From: Oikopleura dioica
Lineage: Eukaryota > Animalia > Chordata
DNA: 64,000 bases
Direction: 5' to 3'
NCBI GenBank assembly: GCA_907165135.1
Contig: OU015569.1
Span: 1,364,001-1,428,000 of the forward strand
Under the pieces are notes generated by a model that was given only the letters and a program-made list of their open reading frames with translations, had not been told where the DNA came from and searched no databases. The position numbers were made by a program, and so were the translations under genes. Below are positions 14,101-25,781 of this stretch, in pieces; position 1 is the stretch's first letter, and every line of letters starts with the position of its first letter.

Positions 14101-15020
14101 GGACAAGAAGTCGGTAGTGCTGAGTTACGGACAGCGCTTGTGCGACTTCGGACAGCGGCTTCTTGAAGCTGAGCCATGCTATCTCCCGCTCAAGACCAAA
14201 TTCAAGTTCTCCGAAAAGCTAAGCTCAGTAAAATCCGAAGTGTCCGCGATTCTGAGTAATCAGACAAAAGGTACGCCAGCAATAAGTGTTAAGGGATCCC
14301 CCGATCTCGCCAACTTTGACCTCTATCTACTTTTTTTTGAGCTTACGTAGGAAGCTGGTTTTGGGCGCATTAGAAAGCCCGCTTCGAAAGGAGCAAATTC
14401 TGGTAGAATCAGCTTGCCAGCAAAACATTCGCTTATGCATCACAGGCCGTCAAAGTGATTAACATTTTGAAAAATGGCCATTTTAGGTCATTTTCAAATC
14501 GTATCTACTTTTTTTTGGGCTTTGGGATTCAAAATCTTTTTCGTTTATCTAAAAGTATAGACGCTAATCTTTATTTTTTGGTAGAATCAGCATGATCGGG
14601 TAAGTTAATAAAAAAATTCTAGTTGTAAAACTTTTTGAAACCATTTTTGGCCTTATTTGGGTGTTAGAATGCTCTCTAGCGCTAACAATTGGCCGAAAAT
14701 TCTAGTGCGGCTATTATATTCGTAATCTTCACATTCTAAGCTTTCGAAAGAGCCCTTGTTTGTGTTATTTCGATGACAATGAAAAATCGAAAAAAATTGC
14801 GATTTTCACGCTAAGTACAATTTACATGCATTTTCCCGAACTTTGGGAGCCAAAATTTCGGGGATGCATTTATGTAAAGGGGTACTATCATATATCAAAA
14901 TGATCCTCAGAACACGAGGAATCTAATCATAGGCAATAATGACCGATGCCAAAGTTTTGAAAAATCGGGGGGTGATCCCTTAAATACAAAGCTCACTCCA
15001 TTCAGACGGAACTCGTTTGA
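11102..15020 (+). CDS. ABL: Abl-family non-receptor tyrosine kinase (myristoylation Gly2, degenerate SH3, SH2, kinase, C-terminal F-actin-binding-like domain); one apparent frameshift near 12055
   Basis: MGANQ start, SH2 PWFHAG...GSFLIRNSE, LGSGQYGDVY, HRDLAARNCL, DFGLSRL, KFPIKWTAPE, C-terminal KTKFKFSEKLSSVKSEVSAI. Terminal exon 14992-15020 is inferred. Confidence 0.85.
14289..14983. mobile_element. MITE with TTAA target-site duplication, in the last intron of the Abl-like gene
   Basis: Left TTAA-GGGATCCCCCGAT...AACTTTG; right end reverse-complements to TTAA-GGGATCACCCCCCGAT...AACTTTG. Internal direct repeats ATCTACTTTTTTT and TGGTAGAATCAGC lie ~180 bp apart. No transposase ORF. Confidence 0.75.
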
Positions 15021-15495
15021 CCCGATACAGCCACGAACTTGTGAATCTGTTGAAATAACAATACAAAGTAATCTTCCTCTTTGCGTATCTATCCTTTTCT
15101 TGAAATTTGTCACATTTCTATCCGCAACTGCTTCTAACTAACAGTGAATATCTTCAAATCTTCGCCTCCTCTTCGAATGAAAAAAACTCACCCACTGAAA
15201 CTCAATATATTGATAATATTCAATCGAAATCGTCGTTCTTGCTAATCAGCTCTTTTTTAAATGATAAGAGCTTATTGCGAAATTATCAGAACTCATTCAG
15301 GAGATTTGCATGCATACGATCGGAGAATCCGCTGCTAGATTCTGCATCTAAATAAAGCAAACAATTATTTTCAACTTGACCAGAGGGCGGGAGCGTCTGC
15401 ACATAACCTTGGGGCGTAACCAAATATTTTTATGCACAGATCGGTCTTTATATTGAACTTACGCAGCGGTCAGCTTCTTTTCGCAAGATATCAAA

Positions 15496-16839
15496 ATGGT
15501 CGAGGAATACATTGAATTGAGAAATGGAGCCAAAATGCCCCGAGTCGGCCTTGGTACCTGGCAAGCGCCTCCAGATCTTACCAAGGCGGCGATAAAATGC
15601 GCGGTAAAATCTGGCTACAGGTAATCATGCATACTTGATCGATGGTTGTTAATGCTTCTGCCTAGGTTGTTGGACACTGCGAATGATTATTCAAACGAGC
15701 ATGTGATTGGGGAAGCACTCGAAGAGCTGTTTTCCGAGGGCGTCGTCAAGCGCGAAGAACTCTTCATCCAGTGCAAGCTCTGGAACACCAACCATCGACC
15801 TGAACACGTCAAGCAAGATCTTCTTGACACTCTTCACGACCTCAAGCTTGACTACGTCGACTCGTTCGTGATCCACTGGCCTCAAGCGGTCCCTAGCAAT
15901 GGAAAATACTGCGCCAAACGATCTGGTAACAGAAAACTGTTTCAAATAGAAATAAAAACTATTTAAAGATGGCTGTTCTTTGGCTCACGAATCGAAAAAG
16001 ACAATGTTCCCTGTCGACGATGATGGCTACTGGTGTACTGATAAAGAGTCGCACTACGTGGACACATGGGCGGTGATGGAAACTCTCGTCGACGAAGGAT
16101 TGACTAGATCGATCGGCCTTTCTAACTTTAACCGTCGCCAGGTCAAGAAAGACTCTCTTTCATTTGTTTTTCATCCTATTCTCAGGTGGAAGAGATCCTC
16201 AGCGTCACGAAAAAACACTTCCCCTGTGTCCTCCAAAACGAGAGCCATCCTTATCTCCACGAGCTCGACCTGCGCAACTTTTGCCGCATCAACAGGATCG
16301 CCTTTCAAGCGTACTCCGCCTTAGGAAGTGCTAATCGACCTTGGCGAAACTTCGGGAGCATCACTTCTGGCGCTCCAAAAACTGGTCACGAAATTCTCGA
16401 GCACCCTGACATTTTGAAAATCGCTCAGAAATATGGAAAATCCACTGCCAAGTAAAACTTATTATCGATAGATTAGCATTACTTTGCTTTTAGTGTTGTC
16501 ATGCGATGGCATCTACAAATCGGAGGAACTCTTGTTGCAAAGTCAACTAATCCTGGAAGAATTGAAGCAAACTACAAAGTGTGGGATTTCGAACTAACTC
16601 AGGAAAGGGGCTTTAGAAGCATGAGTTTTGTATTGAATGCATTCATCATTTCTGTACTGTTTTAAAGCTCAAATAAGGATGAGATGAGCGTATTCGAAGA
16701 GCTCAATGTCGGCTGGCGACATTTAATTTGGCCCGAGACGTCCAATCATCCCGACTTTCCCTTCAAAGATGATCTCCCCACGATTACGTCCTGCAGAAGC
16801 CTGATCCGAGACTTTTCCAAAGAAGTTAAATATTTATAA
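15496..16839 (+). CDS. Aldo-keto reductase (AKR1-like)
   Basis: [15 protein letters not shown] catalytic Asp/Tyr, [41 protein letters not shown] intron 16603-16677. Confidence 0.92.
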
Positions 16840-17016
16840 ACAAAAACTCACCATTCCTATTTTCTCATCTGTGAAAAACACCTTTCACTGCGTTTACATC
16901 TTTGCTGTTACATGTATTGGACAAAAAAAATCAATCAGTGACCACAGTCAGCCCTACTGGGAGAAGGCTACTCCTGATAAGCAATAAATAGAAAAATAAT
17001 TATTTTGTGTGTGTGT

Positions 17017-17390
17017 CTAGGTCTAGGATTGGGGGTGACCGATGGTGGTCCAAAAAAAGTTGCTCGGGATGAATCACCAAAAGGTGGTGATCGGGTTTCT
17101 CGGATCACCAGAGCTTGGTGATCGAGACTCGATCCTGGTGATCCGCTGGTGATTGTTAGCAGAAAATTTTTGCAGATTTGCTAGTTTTAACGCAAAAGGT
17201 CATATTATTATATATTGGGCAAAATAAGCCTATCAATTAAGCTGATCGAAGAAATAACAGGCACTGATTTTCACATCTGGCCTCGATCACCAACCTCTGG
17301 TGATCGGAGAACCCGATCACCATTTTTTGGTGATCCGTCCTGAGCAAATTATTTTGGATCACCAACGGTCACCCCTAATCCTAGACCTAG
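17017..17390. mobile_element. 374-bp MITE inserted in a (GT)n microsatellite
   Basis: ~39-bp TIRs (CTAGGTCTAGGATTGGGGGTGACCGATGGTGGTCCAAAA and its near-perfect inverse), GTGTGTGT on both flanks, many subterminal GGTGATC/GATCACC motifs. Confidence 0.85.
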
Positions 17391-17448
17391 GTGTGTGTGT
17401 GTGTGTTTTTTTTTTTCTTTGCAGATGATATCATGTCCTGGTTTCAGA

Positions 17449-19094
17449 ATGGAGGACGATAAGGAAAACACGCCGGATAGGCGTCGCCAATCTCAAAGCC
17501 AGAATCGTCGTCGTTCTCAGCGACGAACTAATAGCCAGTACGATACTCAGAGCTTCTTATCAAAGGCGAATGAGACAATTCGCGACATTCAAAAGAAAAA
17601 AGATGATCTTGATAAACTAAGCAAGAAGCGCGAGCTTGAGGGAGAGGATGATATGAACAAGTATGATTTTTTCATTTGAAATTTTAGTAGTTTTTGCTCA
17701 GGTTGACCGATGGAATCACGGATTATGATGACTTGCGAGCAGTGCACGAGGATGATCCGACTGCTGACTTGTTTGTGGACGATAGCGCTTTTCTTATCAA
17801 GTGCATCGATCTTTTTGGCAAAGACGCGAGCGAGTTTGACTTCAAAATCGGAAAGAATTCATAAATCAGGCATCAGATCTTGACTTTCGAATTTAGATGA
17901 TTACTTCGATCAGATTGTGGCTAACAACGGAGAGAGCGTTCGATCCCGCGAGTTTTGGGACAACATGGACCAGGTTCAGAACATCCGATCTCTCCGGGAC
18001 GAGTGGGTTCCAAAGTGGACGGTTAGTTCGGATTTTTTACAATAAATTAAATTATTTCTATTTAAGAAATTTCGTGGACGCGCGATCATCAACGAGCACG
18101 TCTTGAATTACCAAGAGACTTTCAAGAATGTCTCTCTTCGAAGAGTCATTACAGTCAGGCGAAAGAAGAGCGTCACATTCGAGGTTTGAGCCGTCACAAT
18201 TATCCGCTTTCACTCAATATTTTATTCTTTCAGGCGATTTGCGCTGATGTCATCGAAAAAGGAGGCATTGAGAAGGTCAAGCGACGACGACACGGCGACG
18301 ACGATGCTGGGTAATATTCTTCCTTGTTATTACTTTTGTCTCATTTTGAAAATTCAGAGAAGAGCAGCGAGTAGCACAGGGAGACACAGAGTCCACGAAC
18401 GACGAGTATGAACAGAAACGAATTCTGAAGACTGTGCTGGCCGACTTCCAGTGGAAAGCCAATCAATTCAAGGATCAGGAAGATGCAGAGCCACTTCTCT
18501 ACTGGGAGTTCGTCATGGCCCCGGACTTTGCCGAGACTATCGAGAATATCTTCTACCTGAGCTTTCTCGTCAAAGATGGCTCGGTCACGCTTTTCGTAAG
18601 TCCCCTTCTTTTTGGTAGAAATTGACAGGTATATTCAGACTGATAAAGATTGGAACCTGACTGCGTTGGTGCCAAACTACCGACGGCTCCAGGAGAAAGA
18701 GTGCAAGTTCGCGTTCGAACACGATGGAAACGGGATGCTGAAGAAATACGAACCTGATGATGAGTTGTTTGCCTTCGCCGAGCAATACATCAAGCGAAGC
18801 AAGGAGCACTTCGCAGGTAAGATTTTTAATGATATTTAAGGATTTTGACGGCCCTATATTCACTTAATTTTAGAGCTCAAGAATAAGCATGTGATGGACC
18901 GCAAGTACGTTGAATACGGCGGGCACCCCCTCCTCTCTAAAGTGTCCCACGTGCATTTGACGATGGGAGAGCACGCTGCATTCGTCCAGCACTTCCAGAA
19001 GAAGGCCGAGAAGTCTGGTCAACCGTGGAAGCCACCACTTCGACGAAAAGAGAAGGACCCTGACGCGAAGAAAGAAAAGCGAAAGAGAAAATAA
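17449..19094 (+). CDS. NSMCE4A: SMC5/6 kleisin Nse4/EID family
   Basis: C-terminal winged-helix motif YWEFVMAPDFAETIENIFYLSFLVKDG typical of Nse4_C. Multi-exon, including a GA-AG intron at 17851-17896. Confidence 0.75.
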
Positions 19095-19554
19095 ACTTGT
19101 TTTTTTTTTTTGAACCCAGCTCCTCAACTGTGGAGGGTTTTGGACCACCGCGATATTTGAATTTTTTTGCACCTTATTAGAAAATGTCTGTTGCTCGAAT
19201 TTTCCCGTTCAAGGCTTCAGGCATCCTTTCTTCATTTTTTATGCTTAGGAACACCACACTCATTTTTTAACAGAAAAGTCTTATAATTTATAAGTTATTA
19301 AATACTGCCTCACTCAGCCAATGCGTGCTTGACACATACCTTCCTGACAGATTCCTTTCAAATGCTTTTTTTTATTTAGCTAACCGAGTTCAAATTTTTA
19401 TTAAAAATTTCAAATTAGTCAACAATCCTTTTTTTCTGCCTCTCTTTTATTGCTGAATTTATTGAAAACTGAAAAGAATTTTGCTCCACAGACAGATACA
19501 ATTTTAAAAAATAAATCCCACACACAAACAAATCAGTGAAGATCTTTTTCTAGC

Positions 19555-20096
19555 ATGATTCGCTTTATTCTTATCCAAAATCGTGCTGGAAAGACTCGGC
19601 TCGCAAAATGGTACATGCAGTTCGACGATGACGAGAAACAAAAGCTCATCGAGGAGGTCCACGCTCTGGTGACGATTCGAGACGCAAAGCATACGAACTT
19701 TGTTGAATTCAGAGATTACAAGGTTCGTCTTTTGTCTTGTCTTTTTGCGAAAGAGGTTGCCTATTAACTTGCTTATTTCAAATCATAGATTATCTACAGA
19801 AGGTACGCTGGACTGTTCTTTTGCCTCTGCGTGGACGTTAACGATAACAATTTGAAGTATCTTGAGGCCATTCACAACTTCGTCGAGGTACTTGCACTCC
19901 AGTTAGTTCTAAAGGCTCATCAAAAGTCCAAAAGGTGCTGAACGAGTACTTCCACAATGTGTGCGAGTTGGACCTTGTTTTTAACTTCTACAAGGTGTAC
20001 ACGGTCGTGGACGAAACATTCCTGGCTGGGGAGATACGAGAGACGTCGCAGAACAAGATCATCCGCCAGTTGCAAACACTCTCGCAGCTCGAATAA
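19555..20096 (+). CDS. AP2S1: AP-2 complex sigma subunit
   Basis: [70 protein letters not shown]. Confidence 0.97.
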
Positions 20097-20405
20097 GCAC
20101 TGCTCATTATCCCCTGCTGGCTTCTGTACGTGACATAAGATGAATAAATACTGTACTCGAGAATAGAAAAGCTTAACTGGCCGAGAGTGTCTTCTTCTTT
20201 GTAAATCTTTCCCTCGATTTCTACCGACTTCCGACTTCAATTACCGTTCTACTCCTATTTTAGTTCAATCATTCAAACAAATATCCAGCTGCAATATCAA
20301 TTCACATGTTTTACTACTTTTATTCCTCGTGGCTGTAAGAAAATGAGCCAAACATTACACACACGAACTTTCTTAAAAAATCCTGGCTATTTCTTACTCC
20401 CCAGA

Positions 20406-22081
20406 ATGGCATTGAGTCGGGCAGCAGCTCACTGGGGATTACACACGAAAAATTGGGTGTTGATTAACTGTGATCGTCAATGCTTAGGTACTCTCTTTCA
20501 ATCATTTATTTCGCATGCTAGTTTTTACTAGATGAAGTCTCGCGAATCGCTGCGGACGCGCTCCAAGGCCGCAACAAAGTAATCTTCACGCCAAAACGCG
20601 ACATCGGCGACCACGTGGTTCTCTACAATACGCGCAAGATCGCTCTCGAAGGAAATCAGTGGGAAGAGCACACTTATCACCAAAAATTGGACTGGTCCAT
20701 GAAACGCTTAAAATCGTACTACAAGAACACGCACGAGCGAACGGAACGAGAGGCTCGTCTCAGACGAAACTTTTGGATCACTGCCGAAGAAGCACATCTA
20801 TTAGGTAATCATAGATTTTACGATATTTAGTAATTAACGAGCTAGATCCAACTTACGTTGTGCGCGCAGCTATTTACGACAAACTTCTTGGCGGGAGAAA
20901 TTCTGACAAGGACGCCTCGATGGCCAGGTGTATTGCTTATTCTGATCGGGAAGTGCCAAAAGATATTCTACAAAATATAAACGGTACGCTTCACCTTTTC
21001 GTTTGTTTATTTTTGGTAATATGGGTAAAAGGAAGTAATTATAATTGGAGAACGAGAATAAACAAGTAAAAGAGCCTATACAATAAGATCAATTATTATC
21101 AATCTGATTTCGCAGTGCCGCCAATGAGGGTTGAAAAAACCCCAGTTTCTTCTGGCTCAACTTTTCCCTTTTTCTTTCTGTGCTGAATATACAGCCAGAT
21201 GAAGTACTGTACGTATTTGGCGATGAAAAAGAACGCCCCGATCACGCTAAAGAGAACTTTACTTTGGGCGTTGAAAACTCAATTTTACCCAAAAGCAATC
21301 GCCCATTTTCGTGCTTCCGTTTCGAGGTCCTTGCAAAGGCAGTTGTATATTCGATGGTCGCCTGGATAAGTGGCGACGTATGCGTTCACAGATTTGTTTT
21401 TGCATTTTTCAAAGCAAAATTGTTTAATTGGATCGTCACTGTTTTCCATCGCTTAAAAATTGATACACTCTATGGTCATTTTCAAGTGTCAAATTTTCGG
21501 GAGACATAGAAGAGAGTCATTATTGTTACCTTGGTATGTATCCGCTTTGGAGGAAATTGAGCCCATTTTCTCTGGCTGATTTATATCCTTTTTCGGATTT
21601 TCGATTAAAAATAGTTTCTTCGGGGCTGGTACGTTTTTGAGCAAGTTTACGATCGGCGAGTTACTCATTCGTAAAACTAATCAAAGGCGCTGTAATTTTT
21701 TTATTGCTATGATCATCTTTGACCGACAATTAAAATCCATTGCGATTGTCGATAGATACAAATGAGGGGTAATCATGCACTTCAGAAATCGCCGATTTAC
21801 CTCCCGTAACAAAGAAGCTTTCCGACTATACTGCCGAAGAGCGAGCCGCGTTTCCTCAAATTGTTTCAGCATCGGATGAAGCTAGAATTTACGAAACAGA
21901 CGATCTTAAAGAAAAATACTTTTGGGATAAGACACTCGCCGAAAAGATGGGCGATATTGGGTCTGAGGAAGAACTTCAGTTTTATAAAGAGCAGGGCTTT
22001 GATGAGTTCGTTACGCAGCCAGGCGAAAAGCGACGTACTAATGTACAAGCTTTCAATCGTATTAGAAGGAAATTCCGATAA
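20406..22081 (+). CDS. MRPL13: Mitochondrial ribosomal protein uL13m
   Basis: LQGRNK...DIGDHVVLYNTRKIALEGNQWE, DP..VVRAAIY, VPKDILQNI. Last exon (from 21786) KKLSDYTAEERAAFPQI matches human KRLDEYTQEEIDAFPRL. Last intron 20984-21785. Confidence 0.85.
21099..21668 (-). CDS. Nested antisense orphan gene: ~150-aa single-pass membrane protein with a Cys-rich segment
   Basis: ATG at 21668 and two GT-AG introns give MSNSPIVN...QAMENSDDPIKQFCFEKCKNKSVNAYVATYPGDHRIYNCLCKDLETEARK-WAIAFGVIGAFFFIAKYVQYFIWLYI-QHRKKKGK...KSD*. Confidence 0.65.
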
Positions 22082-22117
22082 AGATTGAATACTGACTTTG
22101 GCGGCGTTTAGACTGGG

Positions 22118-25100
22118 ATGGGAGTGCACGGGCTGCACTACTTCGTCAAGCAGCGCGCGCAGGAATATGTCAGCTCGGAGAAACTGACGAACTTCTTGCC
22201 CAGCGTCAAGAGCCGCGACGGCAAGATCCGCGTCATCATCGATGGCAACAACTTTGCGTACGCGCTGATGAACCAGTCCCGCTCGCCAGGGTGCTTCGGA
22301 GGCGAGCCAGCAGTCTACGAATATCACATGCGACTCTTCCTCGAGAACAACTTGACATGTTGCGATGAAATCATGATGATCATGGGCTGCTCAATCCCAG
22401 CCGGTTCGCCGGAGTGGGTCAAGAAACGTGCCAGCGAGCACGATGGCTTCACGCGCCTCTTCGAAAACGTGCACGCCGGCCGCTCCCCTCACAGTCTGGG
22501 AAAGTATGGCCGCGACGGTCTCAAGAGCTACGTCGATCAGAAAGCCTCCCCACCATGGTTTGTCAATCAAATCATGGAAATTGCCGCCGAGTTCCCAAGA
22601 GTCAAAGTCTACCAGGCAGAATGCGACAAAGACTACGCGATTATGGATTTGGCGGTCACTTTGGGATGTCCAATTATGAGTAACGACTCGGACTATCTGC
22701 TTTTCGCCGTTCAGGGAGGGTATTATCTTTGAGTTAATTATAATTGGTGGGAGTTTTCTTTGAATACCCATCGCAGCCAGTGATAAAATGCGACTTCAAT
22801 TGGCGCGGTGGAAACGCCTTAATTTATCGAAAGCGATGGTATAATTCTCCACAAGTGCGCCTTCACTCCTACCATCTTCCTCTGGTTTCGGCATTGAGCT
22901 TCAATCCGGAGTGCGATTTTACGAGGGAAGATCTAATGCCCTTCTGGTTCGGATTAATTGGCGCAGAACACTTCGAAGGCGACAATATTCCTCAAGTACT
23001 GCCGTACATTGTCGACTGGCTGTCTGACAATTTTAGAGATGCGGGCGATTGTGCCTCGATTGAGCGCATTTGTCGGAAACTCGACGAAGTTGCTTTGAAA
23101 TCGGAAGAAATGTACCACGACTTGGTGCGAAAATCGTTCTATTGCGAACGAGCGAGGCGAAATAGATTCATTAAAAGTATCAGGCGATTCATGGTTATGG
23201 ACAAGGCCTATCCTTGGGAAGAAGACAAGACATTCAATACTGTTCCTGCATTTTACCGTTCCAAAAAAGGAAAACATCCGCTTCTTCGCGGTGCGAAAAA
23301 TACAGAAGCATTCGATGCGCTTCCTGAGCCAATTGCAAGTGCTTTAGAAGCCTCCAGGGATGCAGCCCTTTCCGCTGCGTTGCCAGTTCCAATCTTCACG
23401 GAACAAGTATTTCAAATTTGGAACTGTCTTCACGAACGATCGACTGAAGAAGAAACCGTCGATGAAGAGCTAGAAGTGGATCAGTTGAAAGGGAATAAAT
23501 TACCAGTTATCTCAATGCTCTTGAAAAAGTACTTACGCCGAGAGCTAGCGATTCTAGATATTGATGAAGCTCGGTACTACAGATATAAGCCCAATACGAA
23601 GTCGTGGAATATCATAATCGAGCAAGAGTGGGCTTTTCGATATCTATCAAAAAATGAAGTTCCCACGCTTCCCACCCTGTACAAATCATCCCGGGAAGAA
23701 AAAGTACGCGCATTCCTGGCCTGCTTCGATGCGGAAATCGTCATGTTCATCGATCCTAATTTCAGCAATATGCCGTGCTTTATGATCACTTTTATCGCAT
23801 GTTTGAGATATCTGTGGGTGCAGACGAACATGGAAGAGTGGGAAGTGGACGCGTTTGTGGCACAATTTGCCTTGCTCGATCTTTTTACTTCGCCTGACAA
23901 GCACTTTCGTCGGCTAAAGTGGCTCTTTGGAGGTGGCGAGGAAACCTGTCCGGTGGAGCTGCCCGCGTGTGAGCGAAGTATAACGCTGGCGAACCTCTTT
24001 GCAGCAGTCTACTACGCCGTAATGCGGTGTCAAGTCGTAACGGGTCTTCCCTTCCAGGATGGCAATGGAAAACCATGTCTCAAGGATATCTTCTCCGGCT
24101 CTGTGTTCGCCTGCACTTACCAAATCCTAAAATCGAGTCCTGCAAAGAGAAACAGTGGCCGCTACGCCTGTGGAATCTACGACGATAAGTGGCTCGGCAT
24201 GAATCCCGAAAGCAACAACAAAATGGAGGCTGAATGCTATGAAAAGGCAGCAACCGTCTATGATCGCATGCGAGCGAACTTTATTACTCCTCTAAGAAAA
24301 TTTGATGCCAGGCTGGCAGAAATGAAAAGCGCCGAACAAGCACGACAAGAAGAATTAAAACAGGTAATTTTATTTCGTACACTTCGATTCTGTAAGGAAT
24401 ACTAATGTAATTTTAGATTCATTTCTTTGAATAATGATTCTCATTCTCGTATTTCTCCTTATATCTAGTCTTATCAGTCTAAGATCTCCTTGAAACCGCA
24501 GATTTTATCGTAAGGATCAACCCAAAGTTAAAGAACAAACCACTAGAAACAATCTTGTAATTTATTTCAATATCGTACCATTTTAGAAAGCTGAGAAGGA
24601 GAAACTTCGCGCCCTTAGAAAAGCACGAAAAGCTCAAGAAGCCAATCCTCTGGATCGAGACTTTTCAAATCTCTTACAAAAACACGAATCTATAGACAAC
24701 TGCGACGGCTGGCTGAACAGGGCTCTAGGGGACCATTCTAGTGATTCTGCTGCGCCAGAACTTCGGTAGGTAGATTTACAAAGTTATTTCTTCGATCAAG
24801 GTGCTGCAGTACTTTGGACCAGGATTTACAGTTCTCTTTCTAGCTCGCCAAATATAGACGACCTGCCAATAGCGCGAATGCAACTCGAGGGGACTAGTTC
24901 GGGTGACGAGCAGACACTACGTCCAGACGCGGTCTCACCTGAACAGACCATTACTCCTGATGATTTCGAAACTCCTTCCATTCCTGAGGGGGAATCTCCT
25001 TCCTTCGAAATGCCAGATGAAAACGAAGCGAAGCCAATCATTGACAAGGTCGACGACACTCCAGTTCGACGACCAGCATCAGTGATTGCTCCACCGCCTC

Positions 25101-25484
25101 AAAAGTAGGTGGAAACAAGGAGGAAAACCATCAAATGAATTTTACTAGGGAACCGAGCGGCGTTAAAATAGACGATATATTCGAGCGAATTCAAAAGGCT
25201 TCCGAGACTCCTGAACCAAAACGTAATCTAATTCATCATAATTCAACAAATCTGATTAAAAATTTAGCTGCTTCAGAAGCCAAAAGCCCTGCTCCTTCTA
25301 CAAGTCAAAAAGATAACTCATCAACTCCACAAACTGATGCAGCTAAAACGCCGAAAGAAATTCCGAAAAATATGCAAGAACTCAAGCAGCTAAAGAAGTC
25401 ACTGACCAAGTATGAATATAACTTTATTAGTAGCAAGAAAAATGTAGAAAAGGAGGGATAAACAGACGGTGGACACAATCTTGA
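22118..25484 (+). CDS. Asteroid/FAM120-like protein with N-terminal XPG/PIN-like domain and low-complexity Ser/Pro/Glu tail
   Basis: MGVHGL start, VIIDGNN, ECD.DYAI, IMSNDSDY, later LRYL...EVDAFVAQ and DIFSGSVF. 3' exons and the stop position are uncertain. Confidence 0.7.
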
Positions 25485-25781
25485 ACGGTTTCAGACAGTC
25501 AAGCAACGCATACTTTTTTAAGTTGATTTGTAAGAGCGGATTGGAAATGATTAAAAGGCACTTTAACTTATTTTTTTTTTCTCGAATAATATTTTTATGA
25601 CCTCATCTGTAAGATAAGTTCTGTTTTATTCGGCATGTTAGTTATCTAGGAAAAATAACAGGGGATTAGTATACAGTAAGGGTAGATAGTACGATTTTAA
25701 ATGAATGTTTGTTTGGATGAAGCGGTTTTGATTTGTATATTCCGTAAATTTCATCATTACAGTTATACAGAATTTGAACGA

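Noticed and set aside
16770-16839. Possible homopolymer frameshift in the AKR C-terminus (C4 run at 16776)
   Set aside because: Both frames are open to nearby stops and no conserved motif distinguishes them.
21866-24123. Several long antisense or alternate-frame ORFs over the asteroid/FAM120 exons (similar ones lie over PSMC6, AP2S1 and SoxB)
   Set aside because: Typical shadow ORFs of GC-rich coding sequence, with no motifs or splice support.
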